Source: Setoptus koraiensis (lineage: Eukaryota; Animalia; Arthropoda). Taken from it: DNA of 64,000 nucleotides. The notes beneath the pieces are model-generated. The model was not told the origin of the DNA. It worked only from the letters and a program-made list of their open reading frames with translations, and made no database searches. The position numbers and the translations under genes are program-made. The stretch lies in the NCBI GenBank assembly GCA_048013815.1, contig CM106585.1:4216001-4280000 (forward strand), written 5' to 3'. This document shows positions 10,745 through 21,211 of the stretch, in pieces (position 1 is the stretch's first letter; every line of letters begins with the position of its first letter).

Positions 10745-13700
10745 CTATTGATATAAACGAGCTAGGAAACGTACTCCAGTTACTATTTGCTTTACACTTT
10801 TTGCGCTTGACATTGTCTTTTTGAAATCTTCGAATTGCTCATTGGTTACTGAGACTATGCCTTGGATATTTGTTGATGGAAGCGTGGACACAGTGGCCTC
10901 GATCCAAGATATAAAGAGATTTCTATCGTATTGCAATAATAAATACAAAATATCAGCTTCATCGGTAATAAAATGAGTTGGTAAATCGAACAGGCATGCC
11001 TTTATCACAGCATCAACTAGTCGAGCTCCCAAATGTGATGTAATGGCATCACGAATCTGAGCCAAACTTTTATCTGGGAGCCCCAGCTCGATGAAATGGA
11101 CCAAAAATTTTACCAGAGTTTGATTAGCATCTCGGTGATCTAGTCTGATAGATGATATGCTCAACTCGATGATTGATTGGATTGCTTGACAAGCTACAAA
11201 TTCTTCAGGGCACTTCTCAATAAATCTGTTGAAGAGTCGCATCATGTCATCAATAGTCTCTGGGTAATTTTTCATTGATAATAGACTCTGGGCGGAGGTG
11301 CCTTCCATCTTGAGGAGGGTAAATGTGAGCGCACAAAACGCGTCTAGCATCTTGAATAACACTGTCTTCATTTCGGGCGATTTATTTACAAACTCATCCA
11401 CTAATATCGAAGCCACATAAAGGGGGCTAGAATTCTGTGGGTAACTTCGATAGAGATCAACCATAGTTTCTGCAATCCTTGGTGCCATCCACACTGGCTT
11501 GACGGATCGTAATAAATATCTTATTGTTCTACATGATCTTTCGATCGCATAACCATTCGCGGAGGCATACTTCTGCAATGTTTTTAAAAGTGTTGGCCAT
11601 AGTTCAGTTTCAATCAAGCTGATCAAATTTGGATACAGATTAGTAATATCATGGTGAGGGAGGTCCAATTCTCTAAACAAATTGGCTAACCTATCGAGAT
11701 ACTTGGATGGAAGTTCTTCATCGTATTTCATGTTATCAGAGGGCTGAAGATTAAGCGTATTTAGCAGTGCAGCCAGATTAGGTCTGATGATTTGACATAG
11801 AAACTGATCTCTGACGCTAGAATCAACAATTGATTGAGATATAGCTGCACAACACCTCAAGGATTCTCTAGCGGCTTCTTCATCTCCAAGATGGTCCAAA
11901 TTAGCGCAAAGATCTGTTAAAATGGCCACTAAACCGGGGCTATTTGTCAGATGTCTCGAAGCATTCGCATGGATAATTTTAGCTAATGATGAGGCTGACT
12001 CCCGGGCAAGCTGAGTTCTGTAAGCTGGATTACTTATTGCCGATAGCAAATATTTGATTGAAAGTTCTAGGAATGTAGGGTGTCGCTGAAAGTATTCATG
12101 TAGCTGACCGAGTATCTTTGACGTCGTGCTTATAATCTGTGGATGTACTTCACCAGAGGCAGATCCTATTTTGAGGACTAATTCACGTTTATTCTCAAGG
12201 AGTTCCATTATGTTTGGTGTAAACGTCTGAGAAGATAGAATGATGATCAGAAGTTCCCTTCTAATTGAAGTTTCCTCGTCCTTCAGTCCATCTATTATGC
12301 ATGACACCAAAAATAATATTGCCTCAATCTTTTCCCATGATGTTTTGAGGTCAGGGTTTAGTAAAGCCATGATATTGTTTTTCGCTATAAAGTCTGATAC
12401 GTTAGTCAGAAATAGCGCATGCTTGATTAAATTCATAGTTTTACATCTAAAACTGTCCAGATCTAATTCTGTTGTTATGACCGTATCTGAATCTGGATCG
12501 CATTGGCACAACTTGATGAGAGCCATTATTAATTTATTGATCGCATCTTCAAATTGTGGATTCTTGGAACTGTTACTACTACTCTGTATTTCTTCAACAA
12601 ATCTCCACCAGAATCCGAAAGTTACCTCCACTACTTCAAAATCGTAATGTTCTAGGCATTTCAACAATAACTCCACGAGTTTGAAGTTTTTGTGCATCAA
12701 TATATCATCAGTGGAAACTAGAGATGGACATGCTGTTTCGGCAACATCTGTAAATACTTTGGTATAATTACTTGATTTGGCGCTCTCCTCGTTAGCAACA
12801 GATCGGAGGTAAGCTTCCTCAAGGGTGAAAACTTGATCGACTAAGTAATCCATGAGGTGCTTCTGATGTTTTGATGTCTCCTCACATAATTGAGATAAGG
12901 TGACCACAACTTCAACTGCGAAGTCATGCAGATTATCTGTACAGTTGACGTCTCTTAGGTCTGTGAATGCCGCATCTACCAATGGTATGCATTTATCTAG
13001 ATCATCGGCTCTCATAATTTTCGTCCAGGAAGGGTAACACTGATATATTTTACCAACAAGCTTATCAATAAGACTGAGGTTTTTCAATATGTTCTTTTTA
13101 ACGTCTGCATCACATATTGAAGGGTCAAGTGCAAGGCTGTTAGTGATCTCTCGTTTCAGATCCTTAGATTCTCTTATAGTGCTCAGCCACCAATCTATAA
13201 CTTGACTGCACTTTGTTGTAAGGTAATCTTCAAACTCTTCTCTCCTATTAGCGCCGATCCTAACACCGCCACTACAAAAATGGTCAAGTGGTATTGTAAT
13301 TTGTTCTAAAATATCAGCAAATATATATCTATTTGTTAATGCCCTATTCAGTGTAGCTTGATCCTGTCGAGAATCAGCAAGATTGTAATTTAAATTTAAT
13401 TTCTGAGCTATGTCTTCTATAGGATTAATCCACTGACTCAATAGAATGGTTAATTTAACTGTGGCCTCAGCTAATTGTCCTTGTACTGGTGTATCTTGTA
13501 TCCTTTGTATATGATTTAATATTGAGTCCTTGAGTGAACTGTAACAATCTAAGGGTAATTCATTGAATTGACGATCAATTTTATGTTTCAACATATTTGC
13601 TGCGACATAACAACATTCGGGACTTTGATTAGCTATGAGTAATTCATCACAGATTTTCCAAGCGAAAATAGAGTTTCTCAGGCTCTCAAGCCATTTGGTA

Positions 13701-13831
13701 GCTGGATTTTTGTCTATACTAGGATCACCTGATAGTACAGTATTGATGGCCGTTACAACTGTTTTCATATCAGGCAATTGCGTCAATGGGGGCTCACTGA
13801 TACCCATACTTCCAGTGTCTCCGTGGATCAT
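10745..13831 (-). CDS. TNPO3: Transportin-3 (TRN-SR, importin-beta family), intronless
   Basis: N-terminal KWLESLRNSIFAWKICDELL...CCYVAANMLKHKI...FNELP matches TNPO3. Also VVEVTFGFW, IERSCRTIRY and YPETIDDMMRL. ATG at 13831; about 1028 aa. Confidence 0.9.
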   Translation of the reverse strand: MIHGDTGSMGISEPPLTQLPDMKTVVTAINTVLSGDPSIDKNPATKWLESLRNSIFAWKICDELLIANQSPECCYVAANMLKHKIDRQFNELPLDCYSSLKDSILNHIQRIQDTPVQGQLAEATVKLTILLSQWINPIEDIAQKLNLNYNLADSRQDQATLNRALTNRYIFADILEQITIPLDHFCSGGVRIGANRREEFEDYLTTKCSQVIDWWLSTIRESKDLKREITNSLALDPSICDADVKKNILKNLSLIDKLVGKIYQCYPSWTKIMRADDLDKCIPLVDAAFTDLRDVNCTDNLHDFAVEVVVTLSQLCEETSKHQKHLMDYLVDQVFTLEEAYLRSVANEESAKSSNYTKVFTDVAETACPSLVSTDDILMHKNFKLVELLLKCLEHYDFEVVEVTFGFWWRFVEEIQSSSNSSKNPQFEDAINKLIMALIKLCQCDPDSDTVITTELDLDSFRCKTMNLIKHALFLTNVSDFIAKNNIMALLNPDLKTSWEKIEAILFLVSCIIDGLKDEETSIRRELLIIILSSQTFTPNIMELLENKRELVLKIGSASGEVHPQIISTTSKILGQLHEYFQRHPTFLELSIKYLLSAISNPAYRTQLARESASSLAKIIHANASRHLTNSPGLVAILTDLCANLDHLGDEEAARESLRCCAAISQSIVDSSVRDQFLCQIIRPNLAALLNTLNLQPSDNMKYDEELPSKYLDRLANLFRELDLPHHDITNLYPNLISLIETELWPTLLKTLQKYASANGYAIERSCRTIRYLLRSVKPVWMAPRIAETMVDLYRSYPQNSSPLYVASILVDEFVNKSPEMKTVLFKMLDAFCALTFTLLKMEGTSAQSLLSMKNYPETIDDMMRLFNRFIEKCPEEFVACQAIQSIIELSISSIRLDHRDANQTLVKFLVHFIELGLPDKSLAQIRDAITSHLGARLVDAVIKACLFDLPTHFITDEADILYLLLQYDRNLFISWIEATVSTLPSTNIQGIVSVTNEQFEDFKKTMSSAKSVKQIVTGVRFLARLYQ

Positions 13832-14949
13832 CACTGATTGAAAATGTTAATGTAAAGAAAATATGCAATCTATATGAAATATTATATTATTATAATTAAT
13901 TTAGAGGACGTCTATGATTGGTGCAAATAGAGTGTTGTCTTGGTCACATATGAAGCGATATTGATTGTACGAGATGCAGTGTGAAATGAAGATGATACGA
14001 TAGGAATTGTTGAATTGCCCTTTTTGATTTTGCATCTGTTGCAAAATGTCTGCGCGCAAATGTGAGCGAACACACATTCAGTTGTGCATATTGCTAGAAT
14101 GTGCCCAAAATTCAAGAATGCACCTTCGAATTTGTGGCAGCCTCATAGGGCTTTTCTGCGTTGCACAAGGGTGGAACTTTGGAGCAGCGTGATCCGATGC
14201 GCGTTAATTCAGGCATTTTCCCAACTCTAGATAGAATTGAGCAAAGAGCGAATGCGAACATACTGCCCATATTGGTGAATTTCCTCGCACAAAAGCCCAA
14301 AATGAGCACCATTCGTTTTAGTTGGCTGGCCATCGATGCGGCACATGAATTTTTTTTCCTGGTCGGCAGCAAAACTCACGTGTTTCTGCAAACGCATTAC
14401 ACCAATACTGGGTGTAATATCACTTGTTAGAGAATTTTTGTGCACTCGCACATTGGTCTTTCTCTGAGTGTTCACTCTGCACAACTACAGCACATTACAA
14501 CTAAATTGAACATTCATTTAGCGCCGCAAAGTTCGCGCAGGGGGTAATAATCCTTGAATTATCACTGACTTCTATGCGTTTGTATCCCCCTTCACATGTG
14601 GATATTATCCCACTATTCATGGTATAAATAGTGCATTTTTTAAATTCTCGCGCGATGTGTATGAAGGTTTCCATCCCGGTGCCTTCCACACTGCATTTTG
14701 AGCACACACGCACAACCCGAAAAGCAGATCGCACAAGACCGTCCGGAATACGCACACCCGCGATTCTCAGCTTTGTGTGTACAAAGTCTCGCACAGAAAG
14801 TCTCTGAGAAGTGAGTTTACACCCGGTACAAGGCTAGCCACCACATTGCGTGCTCTTATCGGAATCCGAAACATTCATTCTACAAATATACTGTTGCTCT
14901 TATTATTATCGACATTCTAACATTATCTATCTAAAATTGGACATTCATA

Positions 14950-15330
14950 ATGAGCGGGGTTCACCCTAAAGCCTACCCGTTGGCCGATGCCAACATGACG
15001 ACCAAGATATTGAATCTAATTCAACAAGCCAACAATTACAAACAAGTTAGGCGAGGAGCCAATGAGGCCACGAAAACTCTAAATAGGAACCTCTCAGAGT
15101 TGATCGTCATGTCAGCAGATGCTGAACCAATTGAAATACTTTTGCATCTGCCATTGTTATGCGAAGACAAAAATGTTCCTTACGTATTCGTGGAATCAAA
15201 ACAGGCACTGGGAAGGGCTTGTGGGGTTCAACGTTCCGTTGTGGCTTGCTCTATTCTCCAGAGCGAGGGCTCGCAGTTGAAACCTCAAATTCAAAGCCTT
15301 CATCATGAAATAGAAAAGTTGCTTATTTGA
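14950..15330 (+). CDS. SNU13: SNU13/NHP2L1 (15.5K) k-turn RNA-binding protein
   Basis: HPKAYPLAD...[16 protein letters not shown]...[38 protein letters not shown]; 126 aa. Confidence 0.97.
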   Translation: MSGVHPKAYPLADANMTTKILNLIQQANNYKQVRRGANEATKTLNRNLSELIVMSADAEPIEILLHLPLLCEDKNVPYVFVESKQALGRACGVQRSVVACSILQSEGSQLKPQIQSLHHEIEKLLI

Positions 15331-15766
15331 ATAAATATACTGAAAACTTATCTACATATCCATTAATAAATGACTATGATTAACTAATTAACAATCCCCC
15401 GACCGACAATTGATGATACAAGTATAGAAAAAAAAATCACAAATCCATTCAATTCTCGCGCCATAGCAATCACAGTCTCGAGAATCGCCTTTATTTGTTT
15501 TTTTTTGTGTTTACATTAATAGTGCACGTGTTGAAAAAAAATAAATTCAAGTTATTTTTATTCCATTATCAATCATGCATATTTCAAAAATCTTCTATTA
15601 TGACATTATAAGGGGAACTGTATTGTTGTAAATATGTTCCTAACCAATTGAATGTATGACACTTCGACATAAACATACCGTTAAGATCTACTTCCATGAA
15701 AGGAACTGATAAATATTGTACAAATAATTATTTCAGGTTACTAAGAAGACACCATCCTAATCCAAA

Positions 15767-18700
15767 ATGTCATCTTCCGGTGAAGTTTACGGGATGCACC
15801 TTATGCCTGACTGTTTCAATACTGACGTCTTGCTGCCAAATGGGCTCATTCTTACGGTGCCATGCAAACGAGAGGACACCCTGGAGCACGTAAAAAAACA
15901 ATTATGGAAGATGATTGACGAATCATTTGCTAGATATTTTGGTTTCGGCGACCAATCATCCTTTATTTTTGTTGCTGTAACATTGGATGCTAAGCTCGAA
16001 GAATTCTATGAGGAATCTAGAAGATTGTGCGATCTTAGGTTGTTTGACCTAACATTGAAACTGGTTGAACCTGCTGGTAACAAAGAAGAGAAACGACTCA
16101 GTAGCATGATTGACTTAGCTATCGGCAAAAAAATCAATGATCTTTATTTGGAGTTACCAAGAGAAATAAAGGAAGAGGTTCACGACTTTAGACAACGGCA
16201 CTCCGATCGCAGGGACTCATTTACACAGCAAATCGACCAAGGAGTTTTTTACTCTTCATACAGCAACATGGTTGACATAGAATATAAAATTAAGATCATA
16301 TCGGCCACCTATGTCAATGTGAAACAAGTGGACGCCTTATTTGTAAAAGTTTCAGTGTACCATGGGACAGAGTGTATATGTCAGCGCGAATCTAATCATG
16401 TTGAACCAACGAATCCAAAATGGGATCAATGGATAACATTTGATTTTCGCTGTACTGACCTTCCAAGAAGTGCGAAATTGTGCCTTTCAATATGTGTTGT
16501 CAGTCGTAAACGAAGAAATGAGAAAGTGGCCATAGCCTGGGGAAATACAACCCTCTTCGACTATAGAGGTTTCTTAAAATCTGGTCGATGTCAATTAAGT
16601 CTTTGGCCTACCCCAAAAGATAGTGAGGAACTACTGTTTCCCCTCGGAACTTTAGGAAGCAATCCAAGCCATGATTCACCCTGCCTACTTTTTGAATTTT
16701 TAAGCTTTGATCGAAATGTGGTTTTTGCACCAGAGCGAGACATATACTTTTATGCTGCGCATTCACTTAAGCAGGAAAATCTCGCAAACTACTCCGATAT
16801 AGTCATGCCGCCTCACCTAAGTGTGGCCCCACACACTGTTGATGCTAGCAATGCGTGTAACAATTACTCTAGTATTCAACATGTAATACGTGAAAGAACA
16901 CCCAGTAATAGTTGTGCAGACACTAGAGCCTTTATTGAAAGAAGGCTTTCCGCTTCGTCAAGTAGAAGAGATTCGGTGAGCACGACCTATGTTGAACCTT
17001 CATTGCCCCATCCACGATCGCGGCCATCGTCGACCTCAGCTGAGAAATACTCCGCAACCTCATCGAGAACGTCATCCACATCATCCATGTTGAATAGAAT
17101 GGACAGCAAGGTGGACACATATTTGCGTAGGGGCTCCAACAGCGCTGCATTCTATACTAATACAGTTAATCAATCCTCGCCTATGATGCCAGTATCTCCA
17201 CCGATTGTTAATCAACAAACAAATGCTTCGCCATCACCATCCCACAATCAACTACCTGCAAGACAGCTAGACAGTGCAGATAGTTCTAATAATCCATGTC
17301 AAAACTTGAGTGATTCTGACGACACATCAATCGTTGATGAACTTATCTCTGGACCACCTTACATGACTCTGGAGCCTAAGCAACGTGATATCTTGTGGAG
17401 TATGCGTTTCTATTGTAAGAAACAGCCAACTTCATTGCCTAAACTGTTGGACTCAATTGATTGGAAAAGACGTGATCAGCTGAGTCAGTTATACGTCCTT
17501 CTAGACGAATGGCAGCCCGTCTCCTCAGAGACAGCTCTGAGGTTACTCGATGTCAAATATGAAGATATAGAAGTGAGGAAGCACGCCGTCAAATGGTTGG
17601 ATGCTGACCTCGACGAGGATCAACTTTCTTGTTATCTTCTGCAACTAGTTCAAGTTCTTAAAACAGAGCCACATCTTGACAATTCTTTATCTGACTTTTT
17701 AATCAATCGTGCGCTATTAAATCCTGCCATTGGTAATCTATTATTTTGGTATTTGAAATCAGAATGCGACGAGATGAATGACTTTTACAACACAATCCGA
17801 TTCCGTTATCTACTAGAGAGATATCTTCGTGGTTTGAGCGAACGTAGCCTGACTGTTTTGGTACGCCAAGTTCAAGGATTAGATAAGATAATGAATTTAG
17901 CCGAGCATCTAAAAGAGAGGAATAAAGATAAAGAAGCTGAACGTATAAAGTTTTTACAGACTCAAATACAAAGGGTGGATTTCGCTGACATGTTGCAAAA
18001 CATGCCTGATCCAACTAATCACAATCGTTTACTAGGCGAACTAGTTTATGAAGAATGTCGCATTATGGACTCAGCCAAACGACCGTTGTGGCTAGTTTGG
18101 ACCTTGCCTATTGTAGCGGATGGGAGCTATCCATTGAATCCTATGTCTGAAGATGATCTGATCAAATACAGAGCAAGTATAGGCAGAAGAAGTCATAGTC
18201 ATAGCTCTAGTAAAGAATATCCAATGATAAAGGATTTTAAGAATGCATCAAAAAGCATCCAGGAAGAGGATAAAGAGGTCAGTTCCACTTCGACAGATAC
18301 TAATATAAGTGGTGCAGTCAATCTTAATGACAATGATTCGTCACAGTTTTCAAGTTGTTCCTCTGAGATGAAGCTGACATCTGTTGGCTCACCTACAGAA
18401 GATAAAGAAAGTACTCAACGAAACAATACTTCATCACCATCTACTCCGGCGGCTCGTCCTTTGATAGCCACGAGTGCAATTATTTTCAAGAGTGGCGATG
18501 ATCTACGGCAAGACATGCTAACCTTACAAATTATCAGAATTGTAGACTCAATATGGCGCCAAGAGGGCTTAGATATGTGCATGTTGGTTTACACCTGTCT
18601 ATCAACAGGAAAGAATGTTGGTATTATCGAAGTTGTAAATAGAGCAGAGACAATTATGAGTATACAACGCTCTGGTGGAAGGATGGCAGCCATTCAGATA

Positions 18701-19276
18701 GATTCAACACAGCTACACCGTTGGATAAAAGAAAGAAATCAAGGTCATTATGCGGACGCCATTAGACGTTTCACGCACTCATGTGCAGGCTTTAGTGTAC
18801 TAACTTTTGTTTTAGGTATAGCCGACAGAAACCCAGACAATATTATGGTCAGCGAAGATGGACGAATATTCCATATTGATTTTGGGCATTTTTTGGGTCA
18901 TTACAAGAAGAAGTTTGGTATAAATCGTGAGAGGGTACCATTTGTTCTTACTGACGACTTTTTGCATGTCATAGCCCACGGAGAAGATTTCAGGAAGAGC
19001 GATGATTTTTTTAAGTTTCGTCAACTTTGTGGAGACGCTTATGTGACACTGCGAAAACATTCAAATCTACTTATAACTCTTTTCACTATGATGTTGAGAA
19101 CAGGTATACCTGAGCTGCGTACCTTGAATGACATATCCTATTTGAAGACCACTTTACAGGTAGGATTTTCGGAGCAAAAGGCTAGAGAATTTTTCCAGAC
19201 TCAGTTCTTTGAGGCCTACTGTGGTGCTTGGGCTACTAAAGTTGATTGGTTCTTTCATCACATGAAACGACATTGA
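15767..19276 (+). CDS. PIK3CA: Class I phosphoinositide 3-kinase catalytic subunit, p110alpha-like; lacks the RBD; intronless
   Basis: ABD (SGEVYGMHLMP...LLPNG...RRLCDLRLF), C2 (KIISATYVNV...DLPRSAKLCLSIC), helical domain (QLVQVLKTEP), kinase (MDSAKRPLWL, FKSGDDLRQDMLTLQ, HIDFGHFLG, RERVPF) and C-terminal WATKVDWFFH. Confidence 0.95.
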   Translation: MSSSGEVYGMHLMPDCFNTDVLLPNGLILTVPCKREDTLEHVKKQLWKMIDESFARYFGFGDQSSFIFVAVTLDAKLEEFYEESRRLCDLRLFDLTLKLVEPAGNKEEKRLSSMIDLAIGKKINDLYLELPREIKEEVHDFRQRHSDRRDSFTQQIDQGVFYSSYSNMVDIEYKIKIISATYVNVKQVDALFVKVSVYHGTECICQRESNHVEPTNPKWDQWITFDFRCTDLPRSAKLCLSICVVSRKRRNEKVAIAWGNTTLFDYRGFLKSGRCQLSLWPTPKDSEELLFPLGTLGSNPSHDSPCLLFEFLSFDRNVVFAPERDIYFYAAHSLKQENLANYSDIVMPPHLSVAPHTVDASNACNNYSSIQHVIRERTPSNSCADTRAFIERRLSASSSRRDSVSTTYVEPSLPHPRSRPSSTSAEKYSATSSRTSSTSSMLNRMDSKVDTYLRRGSNSAAFYTNTVNQSSPMMPVSPPIVNQQTNASPSPSHNQLPARQLDSADSSNNPCQNLSDSDDTSIVDELISGPPYMTLEPKQRDILWSMRFYCKKQPTSLPKLLDSIDWKRRDQLSQLYVLLDEWQPVSSETALRLLDVKYEDIEVRKHAVKWLDADLDEDQLSCYLLQLVQVLKTEPHLDNSLSDFLINRALLNPAIGNLLFWYLKSECDEMNDFYNTIRFRYLLERYLRGLSERSLTVLVRQVQGLDKIMNLAEHLKERNKDKEAERIKFLQTQIQRVDFADMLQNMPDPTNHNRLLGELVYEECRIMDSAKRPLWLVWTLPIVADGSYPLNPMSEDDLIKYRASIGRRSHSHSSSKEYPMIKDFKNASKSIQEEDKEVSSTSTDTNISGAVNLNDNDSSQFSSCSSEMKLTSVGSPTEDKESTQRNNTSSPSTPAARPLIATSAIIFKSGDDLRQDMLTLQIIRIVDSIWRQEGLDMCMLVYTCLSTGKNVGIIEVVNRAETIMSIQRSGGRMAAIQIDSTQLHRWIKERNQGHYADAIRRFTHSCAGFSVLTFVLGIADRNPDNIMVSEDGRIFHIDFGHFLGHYKKKFGINRERVPFVLTDDFLHVIAHGEDFRKSDDFFKFRQLCGDAYVTLRKHSNLLITLFTMMLRTGIPELRTLNDISYLKTTLQVGFSEQKAREFFQTQFFEAYCGAWATKVDWFFHHMKRH

Positions 19277-19572
19277 TTAATTAACGTTACAACCCATTTG
19301 TTACTGTTAGTGGTCGCAATCAACGATACATCATTTAAATTAAGACCAATTTAATCTAAATATAGGCAAAAAAAGAAAAGATTATATTCCATTTCATTGA
19401 AGATAGGTTGTCTCAACTAAATCTAGTTAACTTTAAATTGTGAAATAAAAAAGTCCACATCTTTTAAGTAGTTTTTCTGCTTTTACTCAATTCATACAAT
19501 TGATAAATTGATCATTGATGGGATCTATTTAATATCTATTAACAATAGCAGGGAAACATAAATTATACAATC

Positions 19573-20994
19573 TTATATAAGTTCACTCGAGGAATTTTCA
19601 TTCTTAATATCCTCGTTGCGCTTGTATTCTGTTACGATATCCCAAAGATCGATAATGAAATCTTTGCCAAAATCGAATATTTTTAGATCTGACTTTTTGA
19701 TTGAATCTATGAAGTCTTTTACGTTCTCGTTTCTCTTATCTTCCAACAATCGATAGATCTGTAATGCCAGTTCTGTATCTTTGATCCCCAAGAATGACTC
19801 CAGCTGAGATTCGATTCTATCAATAATAATTTTGTAGTGGTTTTCGAGTAAATAATGATGATCAGACTGACTAACGAGACCTTTGTGATTATTTGTAGAA
19901 AAATTACTTCGATTTGTTGATAGTAGTCTGTCTATAGGAAGTGACGATTTGGCTAAATCCTCGAACGATGACGATGAAGTTGTCGCAGATAGTATAGAAG
20001 ATGGCGTGGGTGTAGATGATGTGGAAGAAGAATTAATATTGATTGCTTGATTGATGTCGTGCAAAACATTTCTATTTTGGTTGTGGTTATTGTTGCTTGA
20101 ACTCATTATCTTGTAAACTGCATGTATGAATAGAGGGTGGGGTTTAAAAATTGTTTCAATCGTAATTGATCCAAGGCACAAAAAGAATGGATAAATCGAA
20201 GAAAAGATTAGTAACCTACAAGGAAGGTAGTAGTTATTGAAAAGATCAATAAAATGTTTGTGCTACTAACATGAAACTATATCATAGGCTGGTATTAATG
20301 GTTCAATGAGCTTGATAATGAGTACAGAATCTATTGCAATATCCTTGAGTGCCATTGCTACCTCGTGGTGCCTTAAGCCTACCATTGATCTGTTATTTAT
20401 CATTTCTATATGATCGCCAGGCTATAATTAGAAGGAATCAATTATAGGGAGCAAGTAGACTTAATATCAAACTTCTTCATGCATATCGCGGAGTCGTTCG
20501 GCTCGGATAGAAAATTATCAAATTATCTACAACTGACCTTGATTAGTTGTTCTATTGAACTGCCTGGTTTTATTTTCTTTACAAAGGCTCTTCCGTCGCC
20601 ATTATCAGTTATGGTCAATCCAAGAAATTCTTTGTCTTTTACTATCTCCAATTCTCTTCTCTCGCCGCATACATGGGCGATAATGAGGTCGCTCAGAGAT
20701 AGATGATTTCCAAGTATGTTGTCCATGTCAGAGAAATCATGACTATTCAAAGTACAAAACAAAATCTACACAATGCGAATAGACACGAAGTTGCAATGAG
20801 CATAAGTGCTTCTGTTCGTGATCAAACTGTGATTTAAGCAGAATTTTCAATTTGAATCTTGGAATTTTATCACTTACGTCGGATGAGGATATAGAGAAAG
20901 CTTGGCCTATCTTGATGTACAGTTCTCTGATGGAATTAAACGCAGAAATTTTTTCTATTCTATTAGAATGTGCAAGTTTGCAATCGAATTCCAT
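19573..20994 (-). CDS. GIPC: GIPC PDZ-domain protein (kermit-like), spliced, about 4 exons
   Basis: Exon 20994-20878 (EFDCKLAHSNR...IRELYIKIGQAF, GH1); GTAAGT..AG intron 20877-20766; exon 20765-20538 (ILFCTLNSH...LGLTITDNGDGRAFVKKIKPGS, PDZ); GTCAGT..AG intron 20537-20422; exon from 20421 (PGDHIEMINNRSMVGLRHHEVA); last exon with GH2 (LESFLGIKDTELA...DFIIDLWD). The boundaries of the third intron are uncertain. Confidence 0.88.
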
Positions 20995-21211
20995 AATGGG
21001 CTGTGTTATAGTGTTCAATAATGGGTTTTAATTAATTCTAATGTACACTTTTCTTGACTGTTATTCTTTCACTAATTCAGTTTCTAAGTTCACTGGCGTT
21101 CGAAGAATTGGAAATATGTTTTGTTGGTTGCATTAATACTTCTAACATTAACTGTAACTATAGATATTCGATCACTGACAGCATTTTCTTTCTTCTGAAT
21201 ATTCATCATTG

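Noticed and set aside
14112-14794. Short ORFs in the TNPO3/SNU13 spacer
   Set aside because: They start with GTG/TTG or weak contexts, overlap each other on both strands and contain no recognisable domain.
14795-14845. GAAAGTCTCTGAGAAGTGAGTT resembling RNase P/MRP conserved regions
   Set aside because: The CR-I-like and CR-IV-like words are adjacent rather than separated by the expected domains and I cannot build the P4 helix. An Infernal/Rfam scan would be decisive.
19573-21018. GIPC fragments in different ORFs as a pseudogene
   Set aside because: Canonical phase-0 GT-AG introns join the fragments into a complete GH1-PDZ-GH2 protein.
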